Shown piece by piece: positions 26,614 to 41,834 of a stretch of DNA of 64,000 nucleotides. The position numbers were made by a program, and so were the translations under genes. Location: positions 13,392,001 through 13,456,000 of the forward strand of contig OZ024751.1 in NCBI GenBank assembly GCA_964016885.1, given 5' to 3'. Positions within the stretch are counted from its first letter, which is position 1. Every line of letters begins with the position of its first letter. The stretch comes from Eledone cirrhosa. Taxonomy: Eukaryota. The notes beneath the pieces are model-generated. The model searched no databases and was not told where the DNA came from. It saw nothing but the letters and a program-made list of their open reading frames with translations.

Positions 26614-29600
26614 CTACCACTACCACCACCACCACCACCACCACCGCCACCACCACAACCACCACCACCACCGCCACAACCACCACCACCACCACAACCA
26701 CCACCACAACCACCACCACCACCGCCACAACCACCACCACCGCCACAACCACCACCACCACCGCCACAACCACCGCCACCACCACAACCACCACCACCAC
26801 CGCCACAACCACCACCACCACCACAACCACCACCACCACCACAACCACCACCACCACCGCCACAACCACCACCACCGCCACAACCACCACCACCACCGCC
26901 ACAACCACCACCACCGCCACAACCACCACCACCACCGCCACAACCACCACCACCGCCACAACCACCACCACCACCACAACCACCACCACCACCGCCACAA
27001 CCACCACCACCGCCACAACCACCACCACCACCGCCACAACCACCACCACCGCCACAACCACCACCACCACCGCCACAACCACCACCACCGCCACAACCAA
27101 CACCGCCACCGCCACCATCACCACATTCACCACGACCAACACCACCACCACCACCGCCACGACAACCACCAACACCACCACCACCGCCAACAACAATTCT
27201 TGTTATTATTACTATTTTATGTGTGGTTTGGCAGTATCGGTAGAGGGTCGGACGCCATGCTTTGCAGCACAGAGTTACGGCCCTTTATGGTCTGAGTTCA
27301 AATCCCGCCGAGGTTAACTTTGCCTTTCATCCTAAAATAAAGTACCAGTAATACACTGAGATAATTGCTGGCCTTGTGCCAAAAGTAGAAACAATTATTT
27401 TATGTGCAGATGAGGGGACTAGGTATTATATGCAATAATGAATATGGAAAGAAAAGATGTTTTAATAGAATAGTGTTAGTGGTGAAGGTGGCGGCGGCGG
27501 TGTTGGTAGTGGTGAGGGTAGCAGTTGTAGTAGTAGGGGAAGTAGTAGGGGAAGTAGTAGTGGTGGTAGTTGTAGTAGTAATAGCAGTTGTTGTAGTGGT
27601 ATTAGTGGTTGTAGTAGCAATAGTAGTAGTGGTACTAGTAGTAATAGTAGTTGTGGTAGTGGTTGTAGTAGTGGTGTGGTAGTAGTAGTAATAGTAGTTG
27701 TGGTAGTGGTTGTTGTAGTAATGGTTGTGTTAGTGGTAGTAGTGGTAGTAGTGGTAGTAGTGGTAGTGGTGGTTGTGATAGTGATAGTGATAGTGGTGGT
27801 AGTAGTAGTAGTAATAGTAGTTGCGGTAGTGGTTGTTGTAGTAGTAGTAGTTGTGGTAGTAGTAGTGGTGGTAGTAGTGGTAGTAGTGGTAGTGGTGGTG
27901 GTGGTAATAGTGGTGGTGGTAGTAGTGGTGGTAGTGGTAGTGGTGGTAGTGGTAGTGGTGGTGGTAGTAGTGATAGTGGTGGTAGTGGTGGTAGTAGTGA
28001 TAGTGGTGATAGTGGTGGTAGTGGTTGTGATAGTTATAGTGGTGGTGGTAGTAGTAGTAGTAATAGTAGTTGCGGTAGTGGTTGTTGTAGTAGTAGTAGT
28101 TGTGGTAGTAGTAGTGGTGGTAGTATTAGTAGTTGTGGTAGTGGTAGTAGTGGTAGTGGTGGTAGTGGTAGTGGTGGTGGTGGTAATAGTGGTGGTGGTA
28201 GTAGTGGTGGTAGTGGTAGTGGTGGTAGTAGTAGTGATAGTGGTGGTAGTGGTGGTAGTAGTGATAGTGGTGATAGTGGTGGTAGTGGTTGTGATAGTGA
28301 TAGTGGTGGTGGTAGTAGTAGTAGTAATAGTTTTTGTGGTAGTGGTTGTTGTTGTAGTAGTAGTAGTTGTGGTAATAGTAGTGGTGGTAGTAATAGTAGT
28401 TGTGGTAGTGGTAGTAGTGGTAGTAATAGTAGTTGTGGTAGTGGTAGTTGTGGTAGTGGTGGTAGTGTTGGTAGTGGTAGTGGTGGTAGTGGTAGTGGTG
28501 GCAGTAGTGGTGGTAGTGGTAGTAATAGTAGTGGTGGTGGTAGTGGTAGTAGTGGTGGTAGTGGTAGTGGTGGTAGTGGTGGTAGTGGTAGTGGTAGTGG
28601 TGGTAGTGGTAGTGGTGGTAGTGGTGGTGGTAGTAGTGATAGTGGTGGTAGTGTTAGTAGTGGTGGTAGTGGTAGTGGTAGTGGTGGTAGTGGTGGTAGT
28701 GGTAGTGGTAGTGGTAGTGGTGGTAGTGGTGGTAGTGTTAGGGCTGCGAGGCAGGACGATATTTTCTATCGAATGTCATTTTTGTTGTAGTTCACCAACA
28801 CCACCACAGACGACATTATCGTCATCATCGTAGTAGTCATCATCATCAGCAGCACCACTACCATCAGCACCACCACCACTACCATCAGCACCACCACCAC
28901 TACCATCAGCACCACCACCACTACCATCAGCACCACCACCACTACCATCAGCACCACCACCACTACCATCAGCACCACCACCACTACCATCAGCAGCACC
29001 ACTACCATCAGCACCACCACCACTACCATCAGCACCACCACCACTACCATCAGCACCACCACCACTACCATCAGCACCACTACCACTACCATCAGCACCA
29101 CCACCACTACCATCAGCACCACTACCACTACCATCAGCACCACCACCACTACCATCAGCACCACCACACTACCATCAGCACCACCACCACTACCACAGCA
29201 GCACCACTAACACAGCAGCACCACTACCATCAGCACCACCACCACTACCATCAGCACCACCACCACTACCATCAGCAGCACCACTACCATCAGCACCACC
29301 ACCACTACCATCAGCACCACCACACTACCATCAGCACCACCACCACTACCACAGCAGCACCACTAACACAGCAGCACCACTACCATCAGCACCACCACCA
29401 CTACCATCAGCACCACCACCACTACCATCAGCAGCACCACTACCAACAGCAGCACCACTACCAACAGCAGCAGAAACACCACTACCAGCAGCACCACTAA
29501 CACAGCAGCAGCACTACCACCAGCAACACCACTACCACAGCAACACCACTACCAACAGCAGCACCACTACCATCAGCAGCAGAAACACCACTACCAGCAG

Positions 29601-30080
29601 CACCACTACCACCAGCACCACCACCACTACCACCAGCACCACCACCACTACCATCAGCACCACCACCACTACCACAGCAGCACCACTACCATCAGCAACA
29701 CCACTACCACAGCAGCACCACTAACACAGCAGCACCACTACCACCAGCAACACCACTACCATCAGCAACACCACTACCAACAGCAGCACCACTACCAACA
29801 GCAACACCACTACCATCAGCAGCACCACTACCATCAGCAGCACCAGCAGCACCACCACCACTACTAGCAGCAGCACCACCAACACCAGTAGCAATATCAT
29901 CATCAGCAGCACCACCAACAGCAGCAACAATACAATCACAACCAACAGCAGCACCACCAACAGCAGCAATACAAACACAACCAACAGAGTCAGCACCACC
30001 ATCAGCAGCGCCACCATCACCATCATCAACAGTAATAAAGCCACAACCAAAGTCGCCACCACTACCACCACCAACAACCA
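26614..30080. repeat. Alternating-polarity trinucleotide tracts: ACC (26614-27190), GGT/AGT (27470-28740), 21-bp accatcagcaccaccaccact (28850-30075)
   Basis: Direct inspection. Confidence 0.9.
27224..27396 (+). mobile_element. SINE family A with internal deletion and TSD
   Basis: tattttatgtg on both sides; lacks acggggtcgat. Confidence 0.85.
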
Positions 30081-30311
30081 TCTCGTATGATGTCACATGA
30101 ACTCGTTTCTCAAGAATCGAGAAAGGCATCAATGACTCTACATCACCACAGCCCCTATATATATCTAAGCTGACACATATTTTGTGGTATATATTTCACT
30201 GATGTATCTACTTCAGAGTTTCACTGATAGACCTAAAGTGTTGCTCCAGTCTGACCTTAGCTGCGATTCACAAGGGAATGTGAATGTCTGACTGTGTGTG
30301 AGAGAGAGAGA

Positions 30312-30374
<63 letters not shown>

Positions 30375-30654
30375 CGTGCGCGTGCGTGTGTATGTATGTG
30401 TGTGTGTGTGTGTGAAATATCCACACATACAAGCCAAATATTTAGAGATAAATTGGTAAATATGTTGATAGAAATATAAAGAGGTTACATACACAAATCC
30501 CCTTCTCTCTCTCTCACATACTCATAGACACACACATACTCACACTGAGACACACAAACACACACTGAAACACACACCCACATGCCAACACATACTCTCA
30601 GACACACACTAGTACGAGCCATATGTACAACTGTTAAAAAAGACACCCGTGTTT

Positions 30655-30885
30655 ACCTAATAGTGGTTAGGGTCTCAGATTTAGTCACAAAGCCAAAGAT
30701 TTTGGAGGAGGTAAAATAGCCAGTATAGAGCCCGTATAATACAGAGTATTGCTGGTACTTTATTCTGTCGACCCCAGATGGATGAAAAACAAATTTGACT
30801 TCCATGTGGCTTGAACTTAGAACACAAAAAGCCACAGAAATACCACAGATCATTTCGTCGGACGCTCTAACGATTCTGTCGATCT
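30655..30885 (-). mobile_element. Old degenerate SINE family A copy
   Basis: ctggtactttattctgtcgacccc..ggatgaaaaacaaa...ttgaacttagaac. Confidence 0.6.
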
Positions 30886-30897
30886 ATCAACCTGGTT

Positions 30898-30931
<34 letters not shown>

Positions 30932-32432
30932 CACACATATATATGGTTGTGTGTGTGCGTATAAATATGAATATATATATATTATACATATATATGGTTG
31001 GGTGCGCGCGTATAAATATGAATATATATATACATATATACATATATATATATATTTACATATATACATACATATATATATATGGCTCTGTGCACGCGTA
31101 TAATACGAACACGCACACACATACATACATACATAGCTGTGTACATGACTTGTCCTGTGTGTTGATCTGTATAGTAAATTCTGGTCTACTTTACAGAAGA
31201 CCACACATCTACTACTGTGGTACTGCTGTATGAACATACAATCCATACGCTATGAAACGCCCGTGAGCAAACGAACGTTTCGCAACATCTGTTCTATCTC
31301 CAGCACAGAAGAGCGCTACATTGGTTAAAGATTGATTATTCCCCCTTTGGTCCGTGTTCAGAAAAGCTTAACAGACAAGTTTTGCATGCAATTCGCAAAC
31401 CTGTCAAACATGGTTATTGCTCTGTGAATAAAATGTTGGTGAGGGATGAGAGAGAGAGAGAGAGAGAGAGAGAAGGGTGAAGGAAGGAGAGGAGAGAAGG
31501 AGAGAGAGAGAGAGAGAGAGAGAGAAAGAAGGGTGAAGGAAGGAGAGAGAGAGAGAGGAGTGAAGGAAGAAGAAGAGAGGAAAGAGTAGAGTGAAGGAGA
31601 GAGAGAAGAGAGAAGAGTGAGAGATGGAGAGGAAAGAGTAGAGTGAAGGAGAGAGAGGAAAGAGTAGAGTGAAGGAGAGAGAGGAAAGAAAAGAGTGAAG
31701 GAGAGAGAGGAAAGAAAAGAGTGAAGGAGAGAGAGAGGAAAGAAAAGAGTGAAGGTAGGAGAGGAGGGAGAAGGATGGGGGAGAGAGAGAGGGTGAAGGA
31801 GAGAGAAGGGTGAAGGATGAAGGAGAGAGAAGGGTGAAGGATGAAGGAGAGAGAAGGGAGGAGGGAAAGTGAGACGTTTTAATGTAATGATGTACTATCA
31901 TGTTGGCTTACACCCAAAATATGTAAATAACAACAAAAATATCAAAAATAACGATAGAAAAAATAGAACAAAGAAATAGAAATAACAAAAAAAAAAACAA
32001 CATAGAAAACAGAAAATGTAGCAAATCATACAAAAAACATATAATAATTTTCTTGCTAACAAGAAAATTAAGATATGTGTACAAAAAAAATGGCTACTTT
32101 TTGTAGGCACGTAGTCAACAGTTGAAGAAATAAACTGCTCATATAGTGATCGTAAAAAAAAGCGATGTGTGAATGATTTAAAGAACCTGAAAGAAAATGG
32201 AAGACTAAGACCGTTAAAACAAACAAAAAGGCGGGAAAAATAGCTAAAAAATAACATGAAAGAAATCAAAATAAAAAAAGCAAAAAAAAAAGTTTTTAGA
32301 GGAAGAATTTATTGCTAGCCATTAATTGCAGGAATTATTTCCTTCTATCTCAAATATCTCCAGATCGTTGCTACAACTGCTACAGATATTATTCCAGTAT
32401 TAAGCAGTCAGTGTTTATGTATAGATTATAAT

Positions 32433-33740
32433 TAATTGTTTCTACTTTTGGCACAAGGCCAGCAATTATTCAGTACATTACTGGTACTTTATTTTATCGA
32501 CCCCGTAAGGATGAAAGGCAAAGTTAACCTCGGCGGGATTTAAACTCAGACCGCAAAGGGACGTAACTATGCTGGAAAGCATGGCGTCCGACTCTCTAGA
32601 TTATAATTAATATTATTATTTAAGGCCCGTAACGTCTGGAGTTTAAATCCCAACAATGTCAACTTTGCTCTCTATCCTTACGGGGTCGATCAAATAATTT
32701 AACAATCCACTACTGGGGTCCACCTCCTCTCTTCCATCCAAATTACTGGCCTCGCGCCTAAATGAGAGATTATTACTATTATTATTATCGGTAAAGCGGC
32801 GGACACCATGCTTCGCAGCATAGAGTTACGTCCCTTTACGTTTTGAATTCAAATCCCGCCGAGGTTAGCTTTGCCTTTCATCCTTACGGGGTCGACAAAA
32901 TGAAGCACCAGTAATGCACTGGGGTTGATTTAATCGACCCCCCCCCCCCAATTACTGGCCTTGAGCTTATAGTGGAAACCATTATTATTATTATCGGTAG
33001 AAGAGCGGCGGGCACCATGCTTCACAGCATAGAGTTACTGCCCTTTATGTTTTGAATTCAAATCTCGTCGAGGTTAGCTTTGCCTTTCATCCTTACGGGG
33101 TCGACAAAATGAAGCACCAGTAATACACTGGGGTCGATTTAATCGACTTTCTTCTCTACCAAATTGTTGGCATTGTGCCTAAATCGGAAATCCTCACTTT
33201 TATCGATAGAGAGTCGGACAACATGCTACGCAGCATAGAGTTACGTCCCTTTACGTTTTGAATTCAAATCCAGCCGAGGTTAACTTTGCCTTTCATCTTT
33301 ACAGAGTCGATAAAATAAAGTACCAGTAATACACTGGAATAATCGCTGGCCTTGTGCCAAAAGTAGAAACAATTATTATTATTATCGGTAGAGCCTCAGA
33401 CAACATGCTTCATAGTATAGAGTTACGGCCCTTTACGTTCTAAGTTCAAATCTCGCTGAGGTTAGCTTTGTCTTTCATCGTTACGGGGTCGACAAAATAA
33501 AGTACCAGTAATACACTGGGGTAGACTTAATCAACTTTCCCGTCCTCTAAAGTTATTGTGCCTAAATCAGAAACCAGAATTTATAATCCCTATCGTTTTG
33601 GGGTTCAAATCCTGCTTAGCTCAACTGTGACTTTCACCTTTCTGGAGACGATGAATTAAATTACCAGTAATTTACTGGGGTCAATTTAATCAACTTCACC
33701 CTCCCCCAAATTTGCTGGCGTTTTATCAGAATTAGAAATT
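32433..33740. mobile_element. SINE family A cluster: one minus copy (32433-32598, TSD tagattataattaat) and about 6 tandem plus copies
   Basis: Repeated gaattcaaatc..ttgcctttcatccttacggggtcga..accagtaat. Confidence 0.9.
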
Positions 33741-33877
33741 ATATACGGCCCTTACTAAGCGTTTTGAGTTTAAAATGGGAACACCTTAATTAATATAGAG
33801 ATGGGGAATCATTACAGGTAAATCTTTGATCAGATGTCGGTTTATTCTGGTTTGAGCTTAGTTGGGGATAGAGACCA

Positions 33878-34405
33878 ACAACAATAATAAAACAACAACA
33901 TCAACCACATCAACAACAACAGCAACCACATCAACGATATAAACATCAACAACAACAGCAACAACATCAACAACAGCAACCACATCAACAACAGCAACTA
34001 CAACAACTACAACAACAACTGCAACAACAATAACAGCAATGACAACAACAAAACAACAACAACATCATCATAACACCAACAACAACTACAACAACTACAA
34101 CAACAAAACCAGCAACAACAACAACATCATCATAACACCAACAACAACTACAACAACAACTACAACAACAAAACCAGCAACAACAACATCAACAACAACA
34201 TCATAACACCAACAACAACTACAACAGCAATAACAGCAATGAGAACAACAAAACCAGCAACAACAACATCATCATCATAACACCAACAGCAACTACAACA
34301 ACAACTACAACAACAATAACAGCAATTACAACAACTACAGCAACTACAACAACAACAATAACAGCATCTACAACAACTACAACAACAACAACGACAATAG
34401 CAACT
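33878..34405. repeat. (AAC)n low-complexity tract
   Basis: Direct inspection. Confidence 0.95.
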
Positions 34406-34583
34406 TACACAGAACAGACATTCGAAGTCTGTCCTTTTAGATGGAATCAAAACCTGACATTATGGCCGAGTATTTGTGACATAATCGATAACATCTGTGA
34501 CTGAGTGTCTATAACCTGCACAATTATACATACATACAAACGTGTATGTATATATATATATATGCATGTATATATATACATAC

Positions 34584-34620
<37 letters not shown>

Positions 34621-34913
34621 AATATACATATATACATACATACATATATACATAAATATACATATATATATATATATACATACATATATATATATACATA
34701 TATACAAATACATAAATATACATATATATATATACATACATATATACATACATATATACGTACATATATACATATACATACATATATGTATATACATATA
34801 TACATATATATACATACATATATATACATATATATACATACATATATATACATATATATACATATATATACATACATATATATATACATATATATACATA
34901 CATATATATATAC

Positions 34914-34944
<31 letters not shown>

Positions 34945-34963
34945 CATATATATATATACATAC

Positions 34964-34996
<33 letters not shown>

Positions 34997-35035
34997 CATA
35001 TATATACATACATATATATACATATATATACATAC

Positions 35036-35067
<32 letters not shown>

Positions 35068-35332
35068 GCATACATATTTATATACATACATATATATTTG
35101 TATATATGTATACATATATATAAATGCATGTATACATTTGCAAGTATACATACATATATGCATACATATATACATACATATATATATATACATACGTATA
35201 TACATATATATATATATATATATACATACGTATATACATGTATATGCATATATATATATATACATACATAGATACATATATATATATATATATACATACA
35301 TATATATATACATACATATATACATATATATA

Positions 35333-35364
<32 letters not shown>

Positions 35365-35509
35365 CATACATATATACATATATATATACATACATATATA
35401 TATATACATATATGGATACATACATTTGTACTCGTATATATTTGCATGTATGTATACATGTATATATATGTGTGTATATGTATACATATATGCATATGTT
35501 TGTATGCAT

Positions 35510-35553
<44 letters not shown>

Positions 35554-35626
35554 ATATAAATATACATATATATATATACACAACCACACACCATATCTAT
35601 CTATCTATATATATATTTTTTTTTTT

Positions 35627-35665
<39 letters not shown>

Positions 35666-35937
35666 CCACACACTATATATATATATATATATATATATAT
35701 CCATTTAAAGACTTCAACAATAACAGAGCAAACGTGAAAACCAAATTATTGAAATACTTCTGCTCTGTAGTTTTACAATATGGCTTCTTTACATACAACC
35801 ATTATATTCCTACTTTAACGAAATCTCTATTAATTCTAATGTCTCAAAGAGTTTACTGACCTCAACTAATCTTAACTATTTTGCCAACAACATTCAATTG
35901 TATGTTTGTTACTTTTTATTTTGCTTATGTATATGTA

Positions 35938-36002
<65 letters not shown>

Positions 36003-36092
36003 CCTGACTTACAGATAATGTCACAGTGACCTTATCTACAATATTTATTTACGCTTAATATGGATGACAGATAGAAAAGAATAAAGTAGGAA

Positions 36093-36132
<40 letters not shown>

Positions 36133-36153
36133 ATATATATACTTATGTATGTG

Positions 36154-36187
<34 letters not shown>

Positions 36188-36256
36188 TATATCAAGTAAG
36201 AATATTTTCGAAACAGCGAGTGGGTTTGAAATTATTAGAAATCTAAGCTATCGCCG

Positions 36257-36441
36257 TATTTTGACTAAAGAAATTAAAGAAGTTATTTAGCCTGATAGTG
36301 GGGTTATGAACCCTCGGAGAAATGGAAACAGATGAGTATTGACGTCCCATGTACGTCAATACTCATCCTTTTCCATTTCTTCGAGGGTTCTTAACCCCTC
36401 TATCAGGCTAAATAACTTCTTTAATTTCTTTAGTCAAAATA
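36257..36441. repeat. Long near-perfect palindrome (~90-bp arms, ~5-7-nt loop)
   Basis: tattttgactaaagaaattaaagaagttatttagcctgatag...gagtattgacgt / acgtcaatactc...ctatcaggctaaataacttctttaatttctttagtcaaaata. Confidence 0.9.
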
Positions 36442-36530
36442 AGAATATATATATATATATTCACTGGAAAAAATCTGTCAGCATTTTCTTTTCCTTTTTA
36501 CTAATATATATATATATGTGTATGTGTGTG

Positions 36531-36570
<40 letters not shown>

Positions 36571-36724
36571 TATATGTGTGTGTATATATATATATGTGTA
36601 TATATATATATATATATATGTGTATATATATATATATATATGTGTATATATATATATATGTGTGTATATATATGTATATATGTATATATATATATATATA
36701 TGTGTGTATATATATGTATATATG

Positions 36725-36757
<33 letters not shown>

Positions 36758-36794
36758 ATATATATGTATATATATATATATATATGTATATATA

Positions 36795-36827
<33 letters not shown>

Positions 36828-37157
36828 GTAAATATGTGCGTGTGTATATATATGTATATATAAATATATGTATATATATATACATACATATACATATATA
36901 TACATATACATATATATATGCATATATATACATATATACATATACATATATATACATATACATATATATACATATATATATACATATATATATGCATATA
37001 TATACATATATACATATATATATGCATATATATACATATATATATACATATATATATGCATATATATACATATATATATGCATATATATATATATACATA
37101 TATATGCATATATATATATATATACATATATATGCATATATATATATATACATATAA

Positions 37158-37205
37158 AGCCGTCGAAACGGCTTGAGCTCAGCTGTCGGGGTCTTACTGG
37201 TTCCT
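37158..37205 (+). mobile_element. Family H half-hairpin remnant inside (TA)n
   Basis: agccgtcgaaacggcttgagctcagctgtcggggtc. Confidence 0.75.
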
Positions 37206-37265
37206 ATATATGCATATATATATATATACATATATATGCATATATATATATATACATATATATGC

Positions 37266-37298
<33 letters not shown>

Positions 37299-37369
37299 CA
37301 TATATATGCATATATATATATACATATATATGCATATATATATATACATATATATATACATATATATGC

Positions 37370-37492
<123 letters not shown>

Positions 37493-37613
37493 CATATATA
37501 TACATATATACATATATATATACATATATATATATATACATATATATATATACATATACACATATATATATATATATACATATACACATATATATATATA
37601 TATACATATACAC

Positions 37614-37646
<33 letters not shown>

Positions 37647-37894
37647 CACATATATATATATACATATACACATATATACATATACATATACACATATATA
37701 CATATACATATACATATACACATATATACAAATACACATATATATACATATACATATATATACATATATATATATATATTGTCACTTTTTCCCGATGAAA
37801 ATTATGACATTTGGCATCTAACAGATGAGAATTGGTGCGATTGCCCGCAAGGAGAGTGGGAAAAGACCAAACAATACATACGCATTTGTGTGTC

Positions 37895-37926
<32 letters not shown>

Positions 37927-37996
37927 TGTATGTGTGAGATATAAGGTGTATATATATATATATATTTATACATATATAATATTATGTGAGTATGCA

Positions 37997-38049
<53 letters not shown>

Positions 38050-38050
<1 letters not shown>

Positions 38051-38173
38051 TTGTTATACTTTGGGAGGGTCATGTTGCCAATAAGAAACACACGCACCAC
38101 TGATGCGTGTGTTTCTTATTGGTTTCTTATTGGGTTTCTTATTGGCAACATGACCCTCCCAAAGTATAACAAT
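38050..38173. repeat. Foldback palindrome with a triplicated gtttcttattgg motif
   Basis: attgttatactttgggagggtcatgttgccaataagaaac / gtttcttattggcaacatgaccctcccaaagtataacaat. Confidence 0.9.
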
Positions 38174-38239
38174 ATCGGTTTCAACACACGATTTCAGATA
38201 AAGAATCTTGCTAAACAAATTCAGAAACGAAATATAATA

Positions 38240-38430
38240 TAATTGTTTCTACTATTGGCACAAGGCCAGCAATTATCCCAGTGCATTACTGGTACTTTAT
38301 TTTATCGACCGCGTAAGGATGAAAGGCAAAGTTAATCTCGGCGGGATTTGAACTCAGAATGGCAAGGGCCGTAACTCTATGCGTCAAAGCATGGCGTCCG
38401 ACCCTCTACCGATACTGCCAATCCTCCGCC
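38240..38430 (-). mobile_element. SINE family A
   Basis: Full reverse copy. Confidence 0.9.
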
Positions 38431-38878
38431 ATATATATATATATATATAATATAATCTGTGTATATATATATATATAATAAAATCTGTGTATGTGTATAT
38501 ATATATATATATATAATAAAATCTGTGTAAGTATATATATATATATATAATATAATCTGTATATAAAGATATATATATATATAATATAAAATAATCTGTA
38601 TATATATATATATATAATATAATATAATCTGTATATATATATATAATCTGTGTGTATATATATAGGGAGAGAGACGAAGAGAGAGAGAGGGTAAATGTTT
38701 CATGATATGAATGCTTCAAGATTTTCTCTAGGAAAAATCCGCAGCTGTCCTAACAGCTTTCATAATATTTTTTAAGTATATCTTTACAAGAAGGTGACTG
38801 ACATCTATTATATATATACGTGAAAAGAGCAAACCTCAGTTTCTAGCAAATGATTGAATTCCTCTCCTTTATAAATAC

Positions 38879-38919
<41 letters not shown>

Positions 38920-38922
<3 letters not shown>

Positions 38923-39032
38923 AACGAGTAGGACCCCGACGGCTGAGCTCAAGCCGTTTCGACGGCTAATTCTAGAGTATTGAGTACTTTGGTGCGTTAT
39001 GGTCCACCTGGTTCCTTACCACATTTCCTTCG

Positions 39033-39034
<2 letters not shown>
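38920..39034 (+). mobile_element. Family H, internally deleted
   Basis: ggaccccgacggctgagctcaagccgtttcgacggct joined to the tail, TA-flanked. Confidence 0.8.
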
Positions 39035-39084
<50 letters not shown>

Positions 39085-39181
39085 CGATGAAATACCAATG
39101 ATGGTTGGAAAATCACTGACGAAGGACTATTTTTATCATATGTAACCTATGTGCAACCACGCAGTATTCTTCTTTCTTCTC

Positions 39182-39224
<43 letters not shown>

Positions 39225-39431
39225 CTAAAACATATACACACACACATTTATATATATATTAGTTTCATTAAAATGACAGAAGGCCAGACTGGTGAAATTC
39301 CCTTAAAGTTTTATTGTTGCAAAACACTATACATATATTTCAGTGGCCACGTTACGTGAAATTCTACTATTACATCATGAAATTCTACTATTATATCTAC
39401 TATACGGAATGTGGGAAACCGCCAAACTTAA

Positions 39432-39968
<537 letters not shown>

Positions 39969-40082
39969 TCCAATATTACTAATAACATTTGATTCGTTTG
40001 CAATTATGCAAACAAGCCTCAATTTTATAACCATATCAGTAGAATAAACCCTCATTCTTGCTCTTGTGTTGGCATGTGAACA

Positions 40083-40132
40083 GAACTGCAGACACTAATG
40101 TTTCTGGGTATCACCCTTCATCAGTACAGCTC
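40083..40132 (-). ncRNA. Type-I hammerhead ribozyme
   Basis: Reverse complement reads gagctgta CTGATGA a-gggt-gat-accc-a GAAA cattagtg TC tgcagttc; GUC site; stem I extended by ggcaggtgaacag/ctgttcacatgcc (40071-40146). Confidence 0.85.
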
Positions 40133-40575
40133 ACTGTTCACCTGCCGAACTGTCAGAGCTAGTGAAAATATATGGTATTTGCAGATCTCATTGATCAGCC
40201 AGTCTGCTAATATGTAAATCAAGCCGATCAGTCACTGTGTATATTTGAAAATAGCATATATGTTCACTAGCTCTGACAGTTTGGCAGGTGAACAGAGTGA
40301 GTGAGTGAGTGTGAGAGTGAGTGGGTGTGAGTGAGAGTCAGTGGGTGTCGGTGTGTGTGAGTGGGTGTCGGTGTGTGTGAGTGGGTGTCGGTGTGTGTGA
40401 GTGAGTGAATGTGAGAGTGAGTGGGTGTCGGTGTGTGTGAGTGAGTGTGTGCGAGTGCCAGCAATCATCAGAGAGGTGTAAGAATAGGAAAGAGAAAGTG
40501 TGGTGGAAACATAGGTAATTTCCTAGACCGAAGTTCAAGGCGTCATCAGGCCGCTATTTTCCAGCCACATCAGTA

Positions 40576-41834
40576 TTGAACTGGTCTCTCTGATACACCA
40601 ACATTGAACTGGTCTCTCTGTTACACCAACATTGAACTGGTCTCTCTGTTACACCAACATTGAACTGGTCTCTCTGATACACCAACATTGAACTGGTCTC
40701 TCTGTTACACCAACATTGAACTGGTCTCTCTGTTACACCAACATTGAACTGGTCTCTCTGTTACACCAACATTGAACTGGTATCTCTGTTACACCAACAT
40801 TGAACTGGTCTCTCTGATACACCAACATTGAACTGGTCTCTCTGATACACCAACATTGAACTGGTCTCTCTGATACACCAACATTGAACTGGTCTCTCTG
40901 ATACACCAACATTGAACTGGTCTCTCTGTTACACCAACATTGAACTGGTCTCTCTGTTACACCAACATTGAACTGGTCTCTCTGTTACACCAACATTGAA
41001 CTGGTCTCTCTGTTACACCAACATTGAACTGGTCTCTCTGTTACACCAACATTGAACTGGTATCTCTGTTACACCAACATTGAACTGGTATCTCTGTTAC
41101 ACCAACATTGAACTGGTCTCTCTGATACACCAACATTGAACTGGTCTCTCTGTTACACCAACATTGAACTGGTCTCTCTGTTACACCAACATTGAACTGG
41201 TTTCTCTGTTACACCAACATTGAACTGGTCTCTCTGTTACACCAACATTGAACTGGTCTCTCTGATACACCAACATTGAACTGGTCTCTCTGATACACCA
41301 ACATTGAACTGGTCTCTCTGATACACCAACATTGAACTGGTCTCTCTGATACACCAACATTGAACTGGTCTCTCTGATACACCAACATTGAACTGGTCTC
41401 TCTGTTACACCAACATTGAACTGGTCTCTCTGTTACACCAACATTGAACTGGTCTCTCTGTTACACTAACATTGAACTGGTCTCTCTGTTACACCAACAT
41501 TGAACTGGTCTCTCTGATACACCAACATTCAACTGGTTTCTCTGTTACACCAACATTGAACTGGTCTCTCTGTTACACCAACATTGAACTGGTCTCTGTT
41601 ACACCAACATTGAACTGGTCTCTCTGATACACCAACATTGAACTGGTCTCTCTGTTACACCAACATTGAACTGGTCTCTCTGTTACACCAACATTGAACT
41701 GGTCTCTCTGTTACACTAACATTGAACTGGTCTCTCTGTTACACCAACATTGAACTGGTCTCTCTGATACACCAACATTCAACTGGTCTCTCTGTTACAC
41801 CAACATTGAACTGGTCTCTCTGATACACCAACAT
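40576..41834. repeat. 28-bp minisatellite, ~45 copies
   Basis: Unit acattgaactggtctctctgttacacca (t/a variants). Confidence 0.97.

Noticed and set aside
40505-40555. Minus-strand CTGATGA...GAAA
   Set aside because: Stems I and III do not pair
40576-41834. 28-bp repeats of CRISPR-like length (also the 23-bp and 44-bp arrays)
   Set aside because: Head-to-tail with no unique spacers, no cas genes, eukaryotic context
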